The notes under the pieces: generated by a model
Seen by the model: only the letters and a program-made list of their open reading frames with translations
Told to the model about the DNA's origin: nothing
The model's database searches: none
In this document: positions 49,878 to 59,651 of the stretch, in pieces
How positions within the stretch are numbered: the stretch's first letter is position 1
Layout: the number at the start of each line of letters is the position of its first letter
Made by a program: the position numbers and the translations under genes
From: a virus
Lineage: Duplodnaviria; Caudoviricetes
Reading direction: 5' to 3' (one strand)
IMG/VR virus record: IMGVR_UViG_3300028549_000507
Span: 64,001 to 128,000 of that record
DNA: 64,000 nt

Positions 49878-49990
49878 CCAAACTCTCCTTTAAACTAACA
49901 TTAAGGTGTTTTCTGATTTATATTTTTAAATCCCCTCATCTTAGAAACATTATAATGAATTAAAATTATCCCCAGTATATGGAGCAAGTT

Positions 49991-50455
49991 ATGAGTAAAA
50001 ATTTCGAAGTTACAAAAGCAATGCTTAAACATTGTCCTTCACTCGTAAGAAGTGAAGAAACCGTACACCAGTTGGTCATGCGTGGATTCCTCGATATGCA
50101 TACTGGAATGGAATCTATTGATATCCTTAAATCTCTCGAAGATGATGATCAGGTAGGACATGAAGCAGAACCTGCAACTGAAGCAGAACCATCTGATGGT
50201 CTCAAATTCCCAGATATCCATGCTGCTGTAGTTATCAAAACTACAATGGAACTCGCATCTGGTGATGAGAAAGAAGCATTCAATCGTAAGCTTGATGAAC
50301 TCAATCTCGCATTCCAGACAGCTTTTAAAAGACGTAAAGCGGATATCATCCGTCTCGTAAAAGAAGTTGTTGAAATTGACGGTGCCGTAAATGATGAAGC
50401 AGTAGCTATTGCTAAAGCAATCAAAGATGATCAGATCGTAGTTATCAAACGATAA
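49991..50455 (+). CDS. Helical hypothetical protein
   Basis: Start MSKNF with GGAG SD; late motif AACA TTATAA TG at 49946-49957. Confidence 0.7.
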   Translation: MSKNFEVTKAMLKHCPSLVRSEETVHQLVMRGFLDMHTGMESIDILKSLEDDDQVGHEAEPATEAEPSDGLKFPDIHAAVVIKTTMELASGDEKEAFNRKLDELNLAFQTAFKRRKADIIRLVKEVVEIDGAVNDEAVAIAKAIKDDQIVVIKR

Positions 50456-50465
50456 TACATTAATA

Positions 50466-50490
50466 AATACCGGGAGTATATCCCGGTATT
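50466..50490. terminator. Hairpin between convergent genes
   Basis: AATACCGGGA-GTATA-TCCCGGTATT. Confidence 0.7.
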
Positions 50491-50512
50491 TATATATATT
50501 TTAATGACGTTA

Positions 50513-51355
50513 TTAAGCTAATGCTCCGATATACTTATTAACAATTGTTAATATAGCATTTTTTACATCACCATTTGAATCATCTATAAGTAATGCGGAA
50601 TCTCTAAGATTAGTAATATCTCCTGAAATAATATCTAGGAGGTCGTTCAAACGATCTCTTTCACCATCTAATATAGATTCTTTATTTATAACAGTTAATT
50701 CCTTGGCAGCCAATGCTACTTCTTTATCAGCTAGATTACTTATACGTTTTCTAAAACTAGACTCAGATATATCATTAGCTCTCTTAGAATCTTCGTAACT
50801 CTTAGTTTTTGATTCAACATATTCATTATAACTTGTAAGTTCTCTTAAAGTCTTTGACGTTTCAAAGTAAACATTTACAGGATAATCGCCAAATTCTTTA
50901 ATATTTCTAAGAGATTTCTTTAAATCTTTTTCAAGATTTTGAAAGAATTCTCCTCTATCATACGTAAGAGCACTATAAGATATAACATCCTCAACTCTTA
51001 CAATAATTTTATCACACTCAATAAGTCTATCAGTCCTATCAAAGTTTATAGTAAACTTAGGAATTAGTATAGGATCAGTGTCTTCAACTATCCCTTGAAT
51101 AGGATCATCTTTAACAAGAACCGCTACATATATAGTAGGCTCTACTTGTAGAGTTGTTACATATGTCGATATACTCATACCATGTCTAGCAAAATACTCA
51201 GAGAAAATAGAGTCTACACTATAGTATTTACCTTGTTCTTCTGAGGTTATCGCGACTATTTTAACTGTTGCGAATTCCGGATTATCACTATCCCATGGAG
51301 TCTTATATCTAACATTATAAAACTCCCCTATATTAAGTCTATTCATCAAAACCAT
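50513..51355 (-). CDS. Probable virion structural protein with C-terminal coiled coil
   Basis: ORF in a late operon. Confidence 0.6.
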   Translation of the reverse strand: MVLMNRLNIGEFYNVRYKTPWDSDNPEFATVKIVAITSEEQGKYYSVDSIFSEYFARHGMSISTYVTTLQVEPTIYVAVLVKDDPIQGIVEDTDPILIPKFTINFDRTDRLIECDKIIVRVEDVISYSALTYDRGEFFQNLEKDLKKSLRNIKEFGDYPVNVYFETSKTLRELTSYNEYVESKTKSYEDSKRANDISESSFRKRISNLADKEVALAAKELTVINKESILDGERDRLNDLLDIISGDITNLRDSALLIDDSNGDVKNAILTIVNKYIGALA

Positions 51356-51358
51356 AGA

Positions 51359-52774
51359 TTATCCTCTCTTATACGCATGAAGTACGAATGTCATACCGAG
51401 CATATCAAATTTAATACTAGAAATGATATCAATGTTACCATCTCTAACCCTATCGACTCTGAAATTTAGAGATGGATTTAAGTTTAATGCTTTAGATATT
51501 TCATCATCATTCATATAGACAAAATCAACCCAATCATTCACGCCTATAAGATATTTGACGAAAAGTTTAATATGGAATGAGAATGATTCCCAAACAACAC
51601 TATCAGACTTTGCACCAGTAAATCTATTGTTATAATTTGGAAACAATGTTTGTATAGGATGAGTAACGATATCGGAATGAGCTACAAATGGGAATAATAT
51701 ATTTTTATCAGCTTTACTGGTAATGTTGAATATATCATCTTTAGAGTTGGCACATTCGATATTAAATACATCAATATTATCCCCAACAGTTAGAATCTCA
51801 TTATCATCCAAGTCAAGTATATTCATAATATTGGATATACTTAGAATATTGGAAGATAGTGAACCTATAGTTCCATCATTATTTACAAAATATGCTGGAA
51901 ATATATTAACATCTCCAACTGTAAATAGGTCTGGATAGTCTCTAACCAAGTATTGGTTAGCTACAATTCCATATAACAGCAAATACTTATCAGTAAGATA
52001 TCCCTTAATGGCCGATATTTTTTGTTGGTCAAGAGGTTGATATTTGTCCGATAGGTGACAATATATGAAGAATGTTCTTACATATGAATATACGAAAGTA
52101 GTACCTTCATGATGTCTATATGTAGTATTAAACTTCGATATATTTGTATAATTTCTATCACTTTCAAATTTGAATGGAGAATCTATAGGATCATTCATTA
52201 AATTTGATAAACTGGTAGTACTAACTGTATAATTATTTTCATCATGAGTTATATCATAGTATCCGATCTTATTCCAATTGTAGAAAATAAGATCATCAGG
52301 AGTAAGATATATCGTCATTGAGTAATTGTTATCAAGTATTTTATACTGAAAATTTAGTTTAGATATTCTATTTGGAATGTATAAACTTCTATGCACCGCA
52401 AGACTACCCGCGGTATAATTCGGTAATGTATCAAGAATTCTAGATATTTCTAAATCAGTTTTAGAATGATCCAAATTTATCTGTGATAATTTGTTAGTAA
52501 GAGCATTGATACCGCTAGTATCGAAATCTGTTATATTTGCGATATATTCATCGCTTTCAAACATATTCTCTATAACAAGATTATTATAACCATTAACTAA
52601 ACTGTGCGGTTTTATTAGAAAACTAAAGACATCACTAATAGAGTAGTCAAATATAGGATTTACTGCATCGGCTACAGTAAATCCAAATTTAGATTTAAAT
52701 GAACTACCATTAGGGATATCTAAAGATTTATTTTCATAATAAAACCCTACCATTGTAAAAGTAGGAGTTGACAT
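51359..52774 (-). CDS. Probable virion protein, paralog of the next gene
   Basis: Shares GFYYE..KFGF and YPDLFTxxDVNI with 52776-54131. Confidence 0.65.
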   Translation of the reverse strand: MSTPTFTMVGFYYENKSLDIPNGSSFKSKFGFTVADAVNPIFDYSISDVFSFLIKPHSLVNGYNNLVIENMFESDEYIANITDFDTSGINALTNKLSQINLDHSKTDLEISRILDTLPNYTAGSLAVHRSLYIPNRISKLNFQYKILDNNYSMTIYLTPDDLIFYNWNKIGYYDITHDENNYTVSTTSLSNLMNDPIDSPFKFESDRNYTNISKFNTTYRHHEGTTFVYSYVRTFFIYCHLSDKYQPLDQQKISAIKGYLTDKYLLLYGIVANQYLVRDYPDLFTVGDVNIFPAYFVNNDGTIGSLSSNILSISNIMNILDLDDNEILTVGDNIDVFNIECANSKDDIFNITSKADKNILFPFVAHSDIVTHPIQTLFPNYNNRFTGAKSDSVVWESFSFHIKLFVKYLIGVNDWVDFVYMNDDEISKALNLNPSLNFRVDRVRDGNIDIISSIKFDMLGMTFVLHAYKRG

Positions 52775-52775
52775 A

Positions 52776-54131
52776 TTATACTGCCTTTGATACTATAAAT
52801 TTTACACTATTAAAATTGAAAGTTACAGTATTAGTGGAAGAAACATACGTTACTTGGTTCTCTATAAGTGTCGTCGGAATTGTCACATTCTTAGTAACCT
52901 TATCAACGGCAATCTTTAAGAGTTTATAAAACTTTTCACTAGCATTACACGCCGAGAATGCTTTAGTATCGATATCCGAATACATATTATAAGCATTGCT
53001 TAATACGACTGATATAGGTCTAGTTTGATCGGCTATAGCAACATTATAAGCTATAGCCATTGTCGAAATATCTGTAAGATTCGGTCGATATATAGGAAGC
53101 ATTTCTGCATTTTTAAAATTGTTATCAGTAGAGTTCACGCCATTTCTAACAAGAATATCCGTTATATCTTTAACATTATAGGGAACTTTATTTGTAATAT
53201 TTGGAGTATATACTGCCAAGATATTCACATCTTTATTAGTAAATAAATCCGGGTAATGATCAATAGCTAAATTAAAATCATTATTATAAGCCGCTAATAC
53301 AAATTTACGTATTTCATCAAGAATGATATTTGTATTAGTAGATATATCCTCCAATGAATATAGGAAGAATATATGATCATAAAATTTAGCAGCATTTATC
53401 GATTTTCTAAGTGGATAATATTTAACAACGTAACTGGTCTTATGGTCGTATCGAGCATTGCCGAATATATCGATATGTTTTTGACTAATCTTGGTTTCCC
53501 ATTCACCTTTAGATATAGTATCCCAACCTGGAGTTTCATATGCATCACTATCGGTATACAGGTATACTTCAATACGATTTATATACTCATCAGCGAGTAG
53601 TTCGTCCGGGTTAAAGAATATTTCAAACATAACAGGATCAAGTGTAGCAGTAACATCCAAGTCAAGTTTAAACATCACCTTCTTAATACGTCCAGCGCCC
53701 ATAGTATCATCTAACACAACTTGAAGAGTATCTTTTACATAATATGACCAATTTGTACTATTAGTATTTACATAATTTACAATATTTGTTTCAGGTGTAC
53801 CATCATTGTTTACATCCGAATTAAACTGATACTTGTAAAGGAGTGATATAATCAACATAGCTTGATCAAATGCGGTCGCCCAATCACTCTGTTTGAAGGT
53901 TGTAGAGTCTACACTATATATGAGATTTCCAAAGTTACCATTTGCATTGGCGAATGTGCTAATTGGTTTCTTGAAAATATCATTAACTTTACTTATAGTT
54001 GTTTCAAATATAGGTACATTTACTCCGGTGTTGAATCCGAATTTTTCAAACGGACTATGACTTTTATTATAATCCTGTGATCCTATTTCGTAATAGAATC
54101 CTTTAATCTTTTCAAAATCAGATATAGACAT
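52776..54131 (-). CDS. Probable virion protein, paralog of the previous gene
   Basis: Same shared blocks; late motif AACA TTATAA TG at 54164-54175. Confidence 0.65.
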   Translation of the reverse strand: MSISDFEKIKGFYYEIGSQDYNKSHSPFEKFGFNTGVNVPIFETTISKVNDIFKKPISTFANANGNFGNLIYSVDSTTFKQSDWATAFDQAMLIISLLYKYQFNSDVNNDGTPETNIVNYVNTNSTNWSYYVKDTLQVVLDDTMGAGRIKKVMFKLDLDVTATLDPVMFEIFFNPDELLADEYINRIEVYLYTDSDAYETPGWDTISKGEWETKISQKHIDIFGNARYDHKTSYVVKYYPLRKSINAAKFYDHIFFLYSLEDISTNTNIILDEIRKFVLAAYNNDFNLAIDHYPDLFTNKDVNILAVYTPNITNKVPYNVKDITDILVRNGVNSTDNNFKNAEMLPIYRPNLTDISTMAIAYNVAIADQTRPISVVLSNAYNMYSDIDTKAFSACNASEKFYKLLKIAVDKVTKNVTIPTTLIENQVTYVSSTNTVTFNFNSVKFIVSKAV

Positions 54132-54221
54132 TTTAGTCTCCTTTAAAGATTTTATTTATCATACATTATAATGTTTTGATAAAAAAAAAGGAGACGTATT
54201 ATATACGCCTCCAAATTAATA

Positions 54222-55352
54222 CTAGATTCTTCCTGTACGGAATGAGTCTAGTAGTTTCTTAGATGTAGGAATCTCTTCCCCAACCACAACTTCAACATTA
54301 TTTTTACGAATGTTATAGTGGAATACATCTTTCTTAAGAGCATTTAGCGAGTCAACACCGTTGCCCACATCATCCGCAGAATCAAGTTCTTTGAGTTCAT
54401 CAAATCTCTTACGATATGCAACAGTCTCTTTACGGAGACTGTTAAACCCGTGAAATGCGACAACTCCAACTTCATCACTCGTATATCCGAATTTGTAATC
54501 AAGATGAACACCTGCAAGTACAGCTTCTTCATATAGTTCGCAATTCTCTTCAGGAATCTCCGCCATAACGTGTTTAACTTTATTAGATCCGGGCTCAACG
54601 AATGGACTCTTGTCAACATTACACTCTCTCAATCTATTGAATGAATGTAATCCTGGATAAGCTAATCCTACACGTTTATCATTCAAATCTAGAACTCCAC
54701 CAGTCTTAGACTGATGAGAACCAGTAACGTAATCCATAAATAATGTTATAGACGTTTTATTGGCGGTAGTACGACGATCATTAAAGGATGACCCTTCGCC
54801 AGTATTCTTAACCAGAGCATATCTCCCACCATTCAGGAAACTAGTCTCAATTTCCCCAAGAGCAAGTAGATTATTTTTATGAATAGTTATACCTTCATCA
54901 AATGATGGAAGTAGCGCAAATCCAATAACTGATACATATTTAATATCTGTCTGCTGTTCCATAAGATTAAACAATGTATTTGTAAGGGCTGGTCCAATAC
55001 CTGAACCAGTGCCTCCACCAGTCGTAAAACATGTTGCAACAACATCGATATCATCTTCAATAACGCGTTCTCTGATAAGATCGATTAATTTATCATAATC
55101 GAATTTATCAGCAAAGGTATCGAGAGCCAAATCGCGATTCTTACCGGCACCACCATCCATAGTTCCAACATGAAACTTACCATTGAGTAATGCTGTATTA
55201 AACATTCCGAGCTCATCAGCACAGATGTTTACATAGATCGGTTCACCGTATTTAGAGTTTTTACCACCCTTTTGAGATTTCAGCTTAGTACTAATTTCTT
55301 TAGCATAGTTACTTCCACCAAGACCGATTCCGATAGGCAATACTTTAATCAT
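54222..55352 (-). CDS. phuZ: Tubulin/FtsZ-family protein (PhuZ-like)
   Basis: GIGLGGSN, DGGAGKN, signature GGGTGSG. Start MIKVLP at 55352 (AGGAG SD); early motif at 55386-55401. Confidence 0.9.
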   Translation of the reverse strand: MIKVLPIGIGLGGSNYAKEISTKLKSQKGGKNSKYGEPIYVNICADELGMFNTALLNGKFHVGTMDGGAGKNRDLALDTFADKFDYDKLIDLIRERVIEDDIDVVATCFTTGGGTGSGIGPALTNTLFNLMEQQTDIKYVSVIGFALLPSFDEGITIHKNNLLALGEIETSFLNGGRYALVKNTGEGSSFNDRRTTANKTSITLFMDYVTGSHQSKTGGVLDLNDKRVGLAYPGLHSFNRLRECNVDKSPFVEPGSNKVKHVMAEIPEENCELYEEAVLAGVHLDYKFGYTSDEVGVVAFHGFNSLRKETVAYRKRFDELKELDSADDVGNGVDSLNALKKDVFHYNIRKNNVEVVVGEEIPTSKKLLDSFRTGRI

Positions 55353-55452
55353 GAAAATCTCCTTTGATTTCATTAAACATTCATTCGTAATATAATATAT
55401 AATCACATTACCATTTTGAATTAAAGATAGTGAGGGTAATTCCCTCACCACT

Positions 55453-56016
55453 TTACTTAATTATTGAAAACCCTACACTGGCACCATATTTAAAAGAAAT
55501 CGATTCATAATCATTACTAATCATTCCAAGATTAACTCCTAGAATAGTTCGTCCGATTGTGAGATGCGGCGTTGTTGATAAATCAAATCCACCACCACGA
55601 ATGTAGTTTCCTCCAAATAAGATACCAAACCCTATGAAATTATCAAGTTTGAGTTTAGATACTGAATATGCTATTTCATCAAACCCTTCATTGATAGTTT
55701 CATCAAGCTTATCGTTTTGAGATTTAAGGGATAAGAGTTCATTTGAAGCCTTATCTAAATTATCCTTGATAAGGTAATTCGTCAAACGTATCTCTTTTAT
55801 AGTCGCAATATTAGCAGAATCATTAAACTCCAATAATGTCCTTACCGAATCTACTTCAGTAATAATACCGCATAAGCGATATATCATTTCAACACTTTCT
55901 TTGTAAGTTTTGGGAAGATCTCGTTCATAGATGTCACCTTTATATTTAAATGTAACAACTTCTCCACCCATAACAAATGATACAGCAATAACTATTAATA
56001 ACAATACTGTTTTCAA
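55453..56016 (-). CDS. Secreted coiled-coil protein with beta-rich C-terminus (spanin-like candidate)
   Basis: Signal peptide MKTVLLLIVIAVSFVMG, coiled coil, alternating-aromatic beta strands ending YGASVGFSIIK. Confidence 0.5.
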   Translation of the reverse strand: MKTVLLLIVIAVSFVMGGEVVTFKYKGDIYERDLPKTYKESVEMIYRLCGIITEVDSVRTLLEFNDSANIATIKEIRLTNYLIKDNLDKASNELLSLKSQNDKLDETINEGFDEIAYSVSKLKLDNFIGFGILFGGNYIRGGGFDLSTTPHLTIGRTILGVNLGMISNDYESISFKYGASVGFSIIK

Positions 56017-56018
56017 AA

Positions 56019-56363
56019 TTATTCCTTTTTCTTAAATCCGCTATCTTTTATATTAGATTCAATAGAGGTATCTAGACTGATTATTTTATTACCAATAATA
56101 TCTCTATCACTCATCAATGATTCGATCTTTTCTTCTATATGTTGAGACTCTTTTTTAGAATCTTCAACATTATCCTCAATACGACCTACAGTCTTTTTAG
56201 ATTGTTTAGTCGTATCTTTGATAGAATCTTCTAGATCAGAAATAGTCTTCTTAACTTTAGACTTACTTCCTTTTTTGATAAATGTATTCATTATAAATGT
56301 AAATACCACAACAATAAATGCTGCTATTGCTCCCATTGGACCATATTCATTAAGAATTTCCAT
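56019..56363 (-). CDS. N-terminal TM + coiled-coil protein (i-spanin/holin-like candidate)
   Basis: GAIAAFIVVVFTFIM followed by a charged coiled coil. Confidence 0.5.
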   Translation of the reverse strand: MEILNEYGPMGAIAAFIVVVFTFIMNTFIKKGSKSKVKKTISDLEDSIKDTTKQSKKTVGRIEDNVEDSKKESQHIEEKIESLMSDRDIIGNKIISLDTSIESNIKDSGFKKKE

Positions 56364-56366
56364 TAG

Positions 56367-56549
56367 TTACTCCATCGAGATAGAACGTTTATCGGGAGCA
56401 CTATTCCACTGCTCTTCAGTAATTTGATTCAAGTCTGTAATAGGTTTAGAAAAAGTCCCATTACCCAACCCTTCACGTACAACATTGAGTCCCGTAGAAT
56501 TACCATTATCAGGTTTCGGTGTTCCAGGAAGTCCAAATTTGCTATTCAT
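56367..56549 (-). CDS. Small hypothetical protein
   Basis: ORF in operon. Confidence 0.55.
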   Translation of the reverse strand: MNSKFGLPGTPKPDNGNSTGLNVVREGLGNGTFSKPITDLNQITEEQWNSAPDKRSISME

Positions 56550-57094
56550 TTTCTCGAATCCTTCTTTAAAAGATTTAAAAACTTACTCTCTACATTGTGT
56601 ATAATATTAACAAAGAACAATACAACCTTTGTTGTCTTACTATACAATTTTGATCTCGGTGGCAGTTTCTTATGAGATTTCACAACAAGCTCTAATTCAT
56701 CCACCACCTTACGAAGATTACCGTATAAGCTATTACATACGCCAGGACAATCGATGTCTACCCCAATCGCATTGCACGAATTTTGCGACTTAAACGCCTC
56801 TTCAAATTTATTAGCAATCTCTGAGATTTTGATGTTAAATGCTCTTTCCTCATCTAAGATATTTTTAAGGTATATATTCTCATGAATCATACCTTTCAAT
56901 CTTCGACCCATCCAGAATATTCTATCAATATCATCTTTATCAGCTCTACCAATCCTACATAGTTCGGCAAGAGTTTGAACATTTTCAAACTCCTCCACGA
57001 ACCAGTAGTCAGTATGCGGTTTGCGCACATTATTTTTGGATTCTTCAGACATAAAACCCCCTAACATTACACTCGGTAACAGTTTATGAGACAT
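56546..57094 (-). CDS. Hypothetical protein
   Basis: ORF in operon. Confidence 0.65.
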   Translation of the reverse strand: MSHKLLPSVMLGGFMSEESKNNVRKPHTDYWFVEEFENVQTLAELCRIGRADKDDIDRIFWMGRRLKGMIHENIYLKNILDEERAFNIKISEIANKFEEAFKSQNSCNAIGVDIDCPGVCNSLYGNLRKVVDELELVVKSHKKLPPRSKLYSKTTKVVLFFVNIIHNVESKFLNLLKKDSRK

Positions 57095-59459
57095 CTATCC
57101 CTATGAAATCAAACGCTTTAGACGTAATTTTTCTAGGAGTATTGAGATTTCTCAAGTTTATAGTTTTTAGGCTAGAAGTTCCTGTTTCGGATATAAATAT
57201 TCCCAACTGATCTCGTATTTGTAAATCAACAACCCCGACACCTGTACAAGTGTATCCTTCAAATAAGTATAGTTTCTTTAATTTATTTGTTCTATTCATT
57301 TGTGGGATATCACTGATTTTAATAGTATAAACACAACCACCTACAAGTTTTGAATCTAACAATACTACCAAGTGATTATATTTAATAGGATCAACCAGTG
57401 TCATATGTACGCCAACCCCACTAGAGAATCCACTCTGCACACCACCAGCGGTCTTCCCTTTAACGGGAATGTCGGTTATCTTAATATACTGATACTCACC
57501 TTTTTCATTTGTGAAAAGGATGAACTTATCACTATCTTCTTCTCTTACAAATAAACAATTTTCAATTATAGTATTTGTATTCGATATTCTATTCGTTATA
57601 GTTTCCGATTCGAGTCGTTTAAGTTGACCATCATTCGTTATACAAACAATAGTTCCACTAGAACCATATATAGGACATGCTATTTTTATATGATTATCAG
57701 CTTCTTGAGAAGGTATCCAGCAATTCACAGTCGTAGGGAGTATCGAATTAACACACCCATTCTCATAGAATATCGCTATCGAAGAAATATTTTCATCAAT
57801 TCTATGTGATCCAACGATTTCTTTAACCCATTTGCCATCAATCTTAACACCCTTGAACCCGTTCAGAATCTTCTTACCCGATATAATGTTCGAAGAGTCG
57901 AATATTCCTATACTATTTCTAGTAGAAAGTATTGCTCCATTAGAAATTACGATATCTTCTCTATCCATTAGTCTAGAAAGAACTTTTGTACGTCTAGGTC
58001 TACCGTATTTAGAAATTAATTCATCGAGATCGTTTATAAGAATATCGTCGATTCGGGTTAGATCTGTAGCGTTTGTAATGATACTAACTCTAATCTTTTC
58101 AATATTCTTTGCAAGGTCATCTTTAGATCTCTTTGTAAGTGATCCAAGTTGCATCTCATAAATACCTTTAGCTTGAATAAGCGTAAGATCAAACTTCTTT
58201 TTGAGATTTAAGACAGTTATATCTTTTGAATCGTTCGAAGTTCTAATAAGATCAATAACCTTATCCACATTATCGTATACTTTATAGAGACCGTCTAGGA
58301 TGTGTACTCTATTTTCAAGACTATTTATGACATGAATAATCTTTCTACGACGGTTATCATAGTTTACATCATACCAATCTTTGATAACATCTCGGATTGT
58401 ACAACGTTTAATTTTACCATTAAAGTTAGTTGTAAGTATAAAACTGTTTGATATTTGAAGATTTGTATTTTTATACAAGTTATCAAGTATCTCAACAAGA
58501 TTAACCCCACTCTTACAGTTTACAGCGATATACGGGTTACCATTATTGTTATCCTTACATTCGCCAGCATACAATATTCCACCAGCCATGATTGGATTTT
58601 TAGGATTTCCCTTATCATCTTTATCATTCTGTATAAACTTGATCTTCGAAATTATAGAATCGAAGTCATAAGGTATTGGTAAACTGCGGATAATAATTCT
58701 ATTATTAACATTATCAATCTCAGCATCACCACGAAGCTTAATAGTTGTAGAAAACTCCGCATCATAGTAACATTTCCTGAGGTCGTCGCCGTTTGTGATT
58801 GTACATCCATTTACATAATCCGGGTAAATATTTCTTGATAATTCGTACGATGTAACACTTTTGTTTCGTATATATCGTTTACAAATTTCAGCAATATCAA
58901 TCAAATTATGTTGTGGAACATCCGAAGTAAATGACTCAGCAATACCAAAAGAACCATTGATAAGTAACAATGGAATCTTAGTAGGAACGTACATCGGCTC
59001 ATACTCACCAAAGTCGGCTTCAGATTCGATCATCTCCATAGCATGTTTATCCATAAGAGATACCATTACATCCCAACCGAAATCTGATACTTTGGTTTCA
59101 ATGTATCTTGGAGCTGCTGCCGACATATCAGATATATTACCAAATGATCCCTTAGGATGCAATAGTGCATGATTATTTACAACATTACGAGCAATATTCA
59201 CAATAGAATCTGTAATAGATTTATCGCCATGAGGATGATATGCAGCAACCATACCTCCGAGTTTATTCAACTTAGTATTTGAATAAATCTTATTTTCCCA
59301 ACAAACATACATGATACGGCGTACAACAGGTTTCAGCCCATCAAAACTACTAGGAATCATTCGATCGAATGTAGCTATGCCATACTTGTAGATATCATCT
59401 TTAACACGGTCTACTACCTCTTCTTCATCAGGCATATTCTCAGGGTTCAAGATCATCAT
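57084..59459 (-). CDS. gyrA: Type IIA topoisomerase (gyrase/topo IV) subunit A
   Basis: DGLKPVVRRI, YHPHGD, catalytic AAAPRY, full-length C-terminal domain. Confidence 0.92.
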   Translation of the reverse strand: MMILNPENMPDEEEVVDRVKDDIYKYGIATFDRMIPSSFDGLKPVVRRIMYVCWENKIYSNTKLNKLGGMVAAYHPHGDKSITDSIVNIARNVVNNHALLHPKGSFGNISDMSAAAPRYIETKVSDFGWDVMVSLMDKHAMEMIESEADFGEYEPMYVPTKIPLLLINGSFGIAESFTSDVPQHNLIDIAEICKRYIRNKSVTSYELSRNIYPDYVNGCTITNGDDLRKCYYDAEFSTTIKLRGDAEIDNVNNRIIIRSLPIPYDFDSIISKIKFIQNDKDDKGNPKNPIMAGGILYAGECKDNNNGNPYIAVNCKSGVNLVEILDNLYKNTNLQISNSFILTTNFNGKIKRCTIRDVIKDWYDVNYDNRRRKIIHVINSLENRVHILDGLYKVYDNVDKVIDLIRTSNDSKDITVLNLKKKFDLTLIQAKGIYEMQLGSLTKRSKDDLAKNIEKIRVSIITNATDLTRIDDILINDLDELISKYGRPRRTKVLSRLMDREDIVISNGAILSTRNSIGIFDSSNIISGKKILNGFKGVKIDGKWVKEIVGSHRIDENISSIAIFYENGCVNSILPTTVNCWIPSQEADNHIKIACPIYGSSGTIVCITNDGQLKRLESETITNRISNTNTIIENCLFVREEDSDKFILFTNEKGEYQYIKITDIPVKGKTAGGVQSGFSSGVGVHMTLVDPIKYNHLVVLLDSKLVGGCVYTIKISDIPQMNRTNKLKKLYLFEGYTCTGVGVVDLQIRDQLGIFISETGTSSLKTINLRNLNTPRKITSKAFDFIGIDVS

Positions 59460-59484
59460 ATCCTCCGAAATTAAAATTTATACA

Positions 59485-59624
59485 AAAAATTAAAGTGATG
59501 TGTGGGGATTATCCCACACATCACCTTTTTCACTATACCTATCCTAGTATTTTTGGATAGGAGCTAAGATAGATATAATGCAATCTATCGTAGGAATGTT
59601 AAAGGAGCTTAAAATCATACCTAC
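59485..59624 (-). ncRNA. Candidate structured small RNA or regulatory leader of gyrA
   Basis: Late motif AACA ATTTAT TG (59624-59635), three consecutive hairpins, then a 12-bp terminator hairpin at 59495-59524. Confidence 0.4.
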
Positions 59625-59651
59625 AATAAATTGTTGAGTATTTAATAAATT

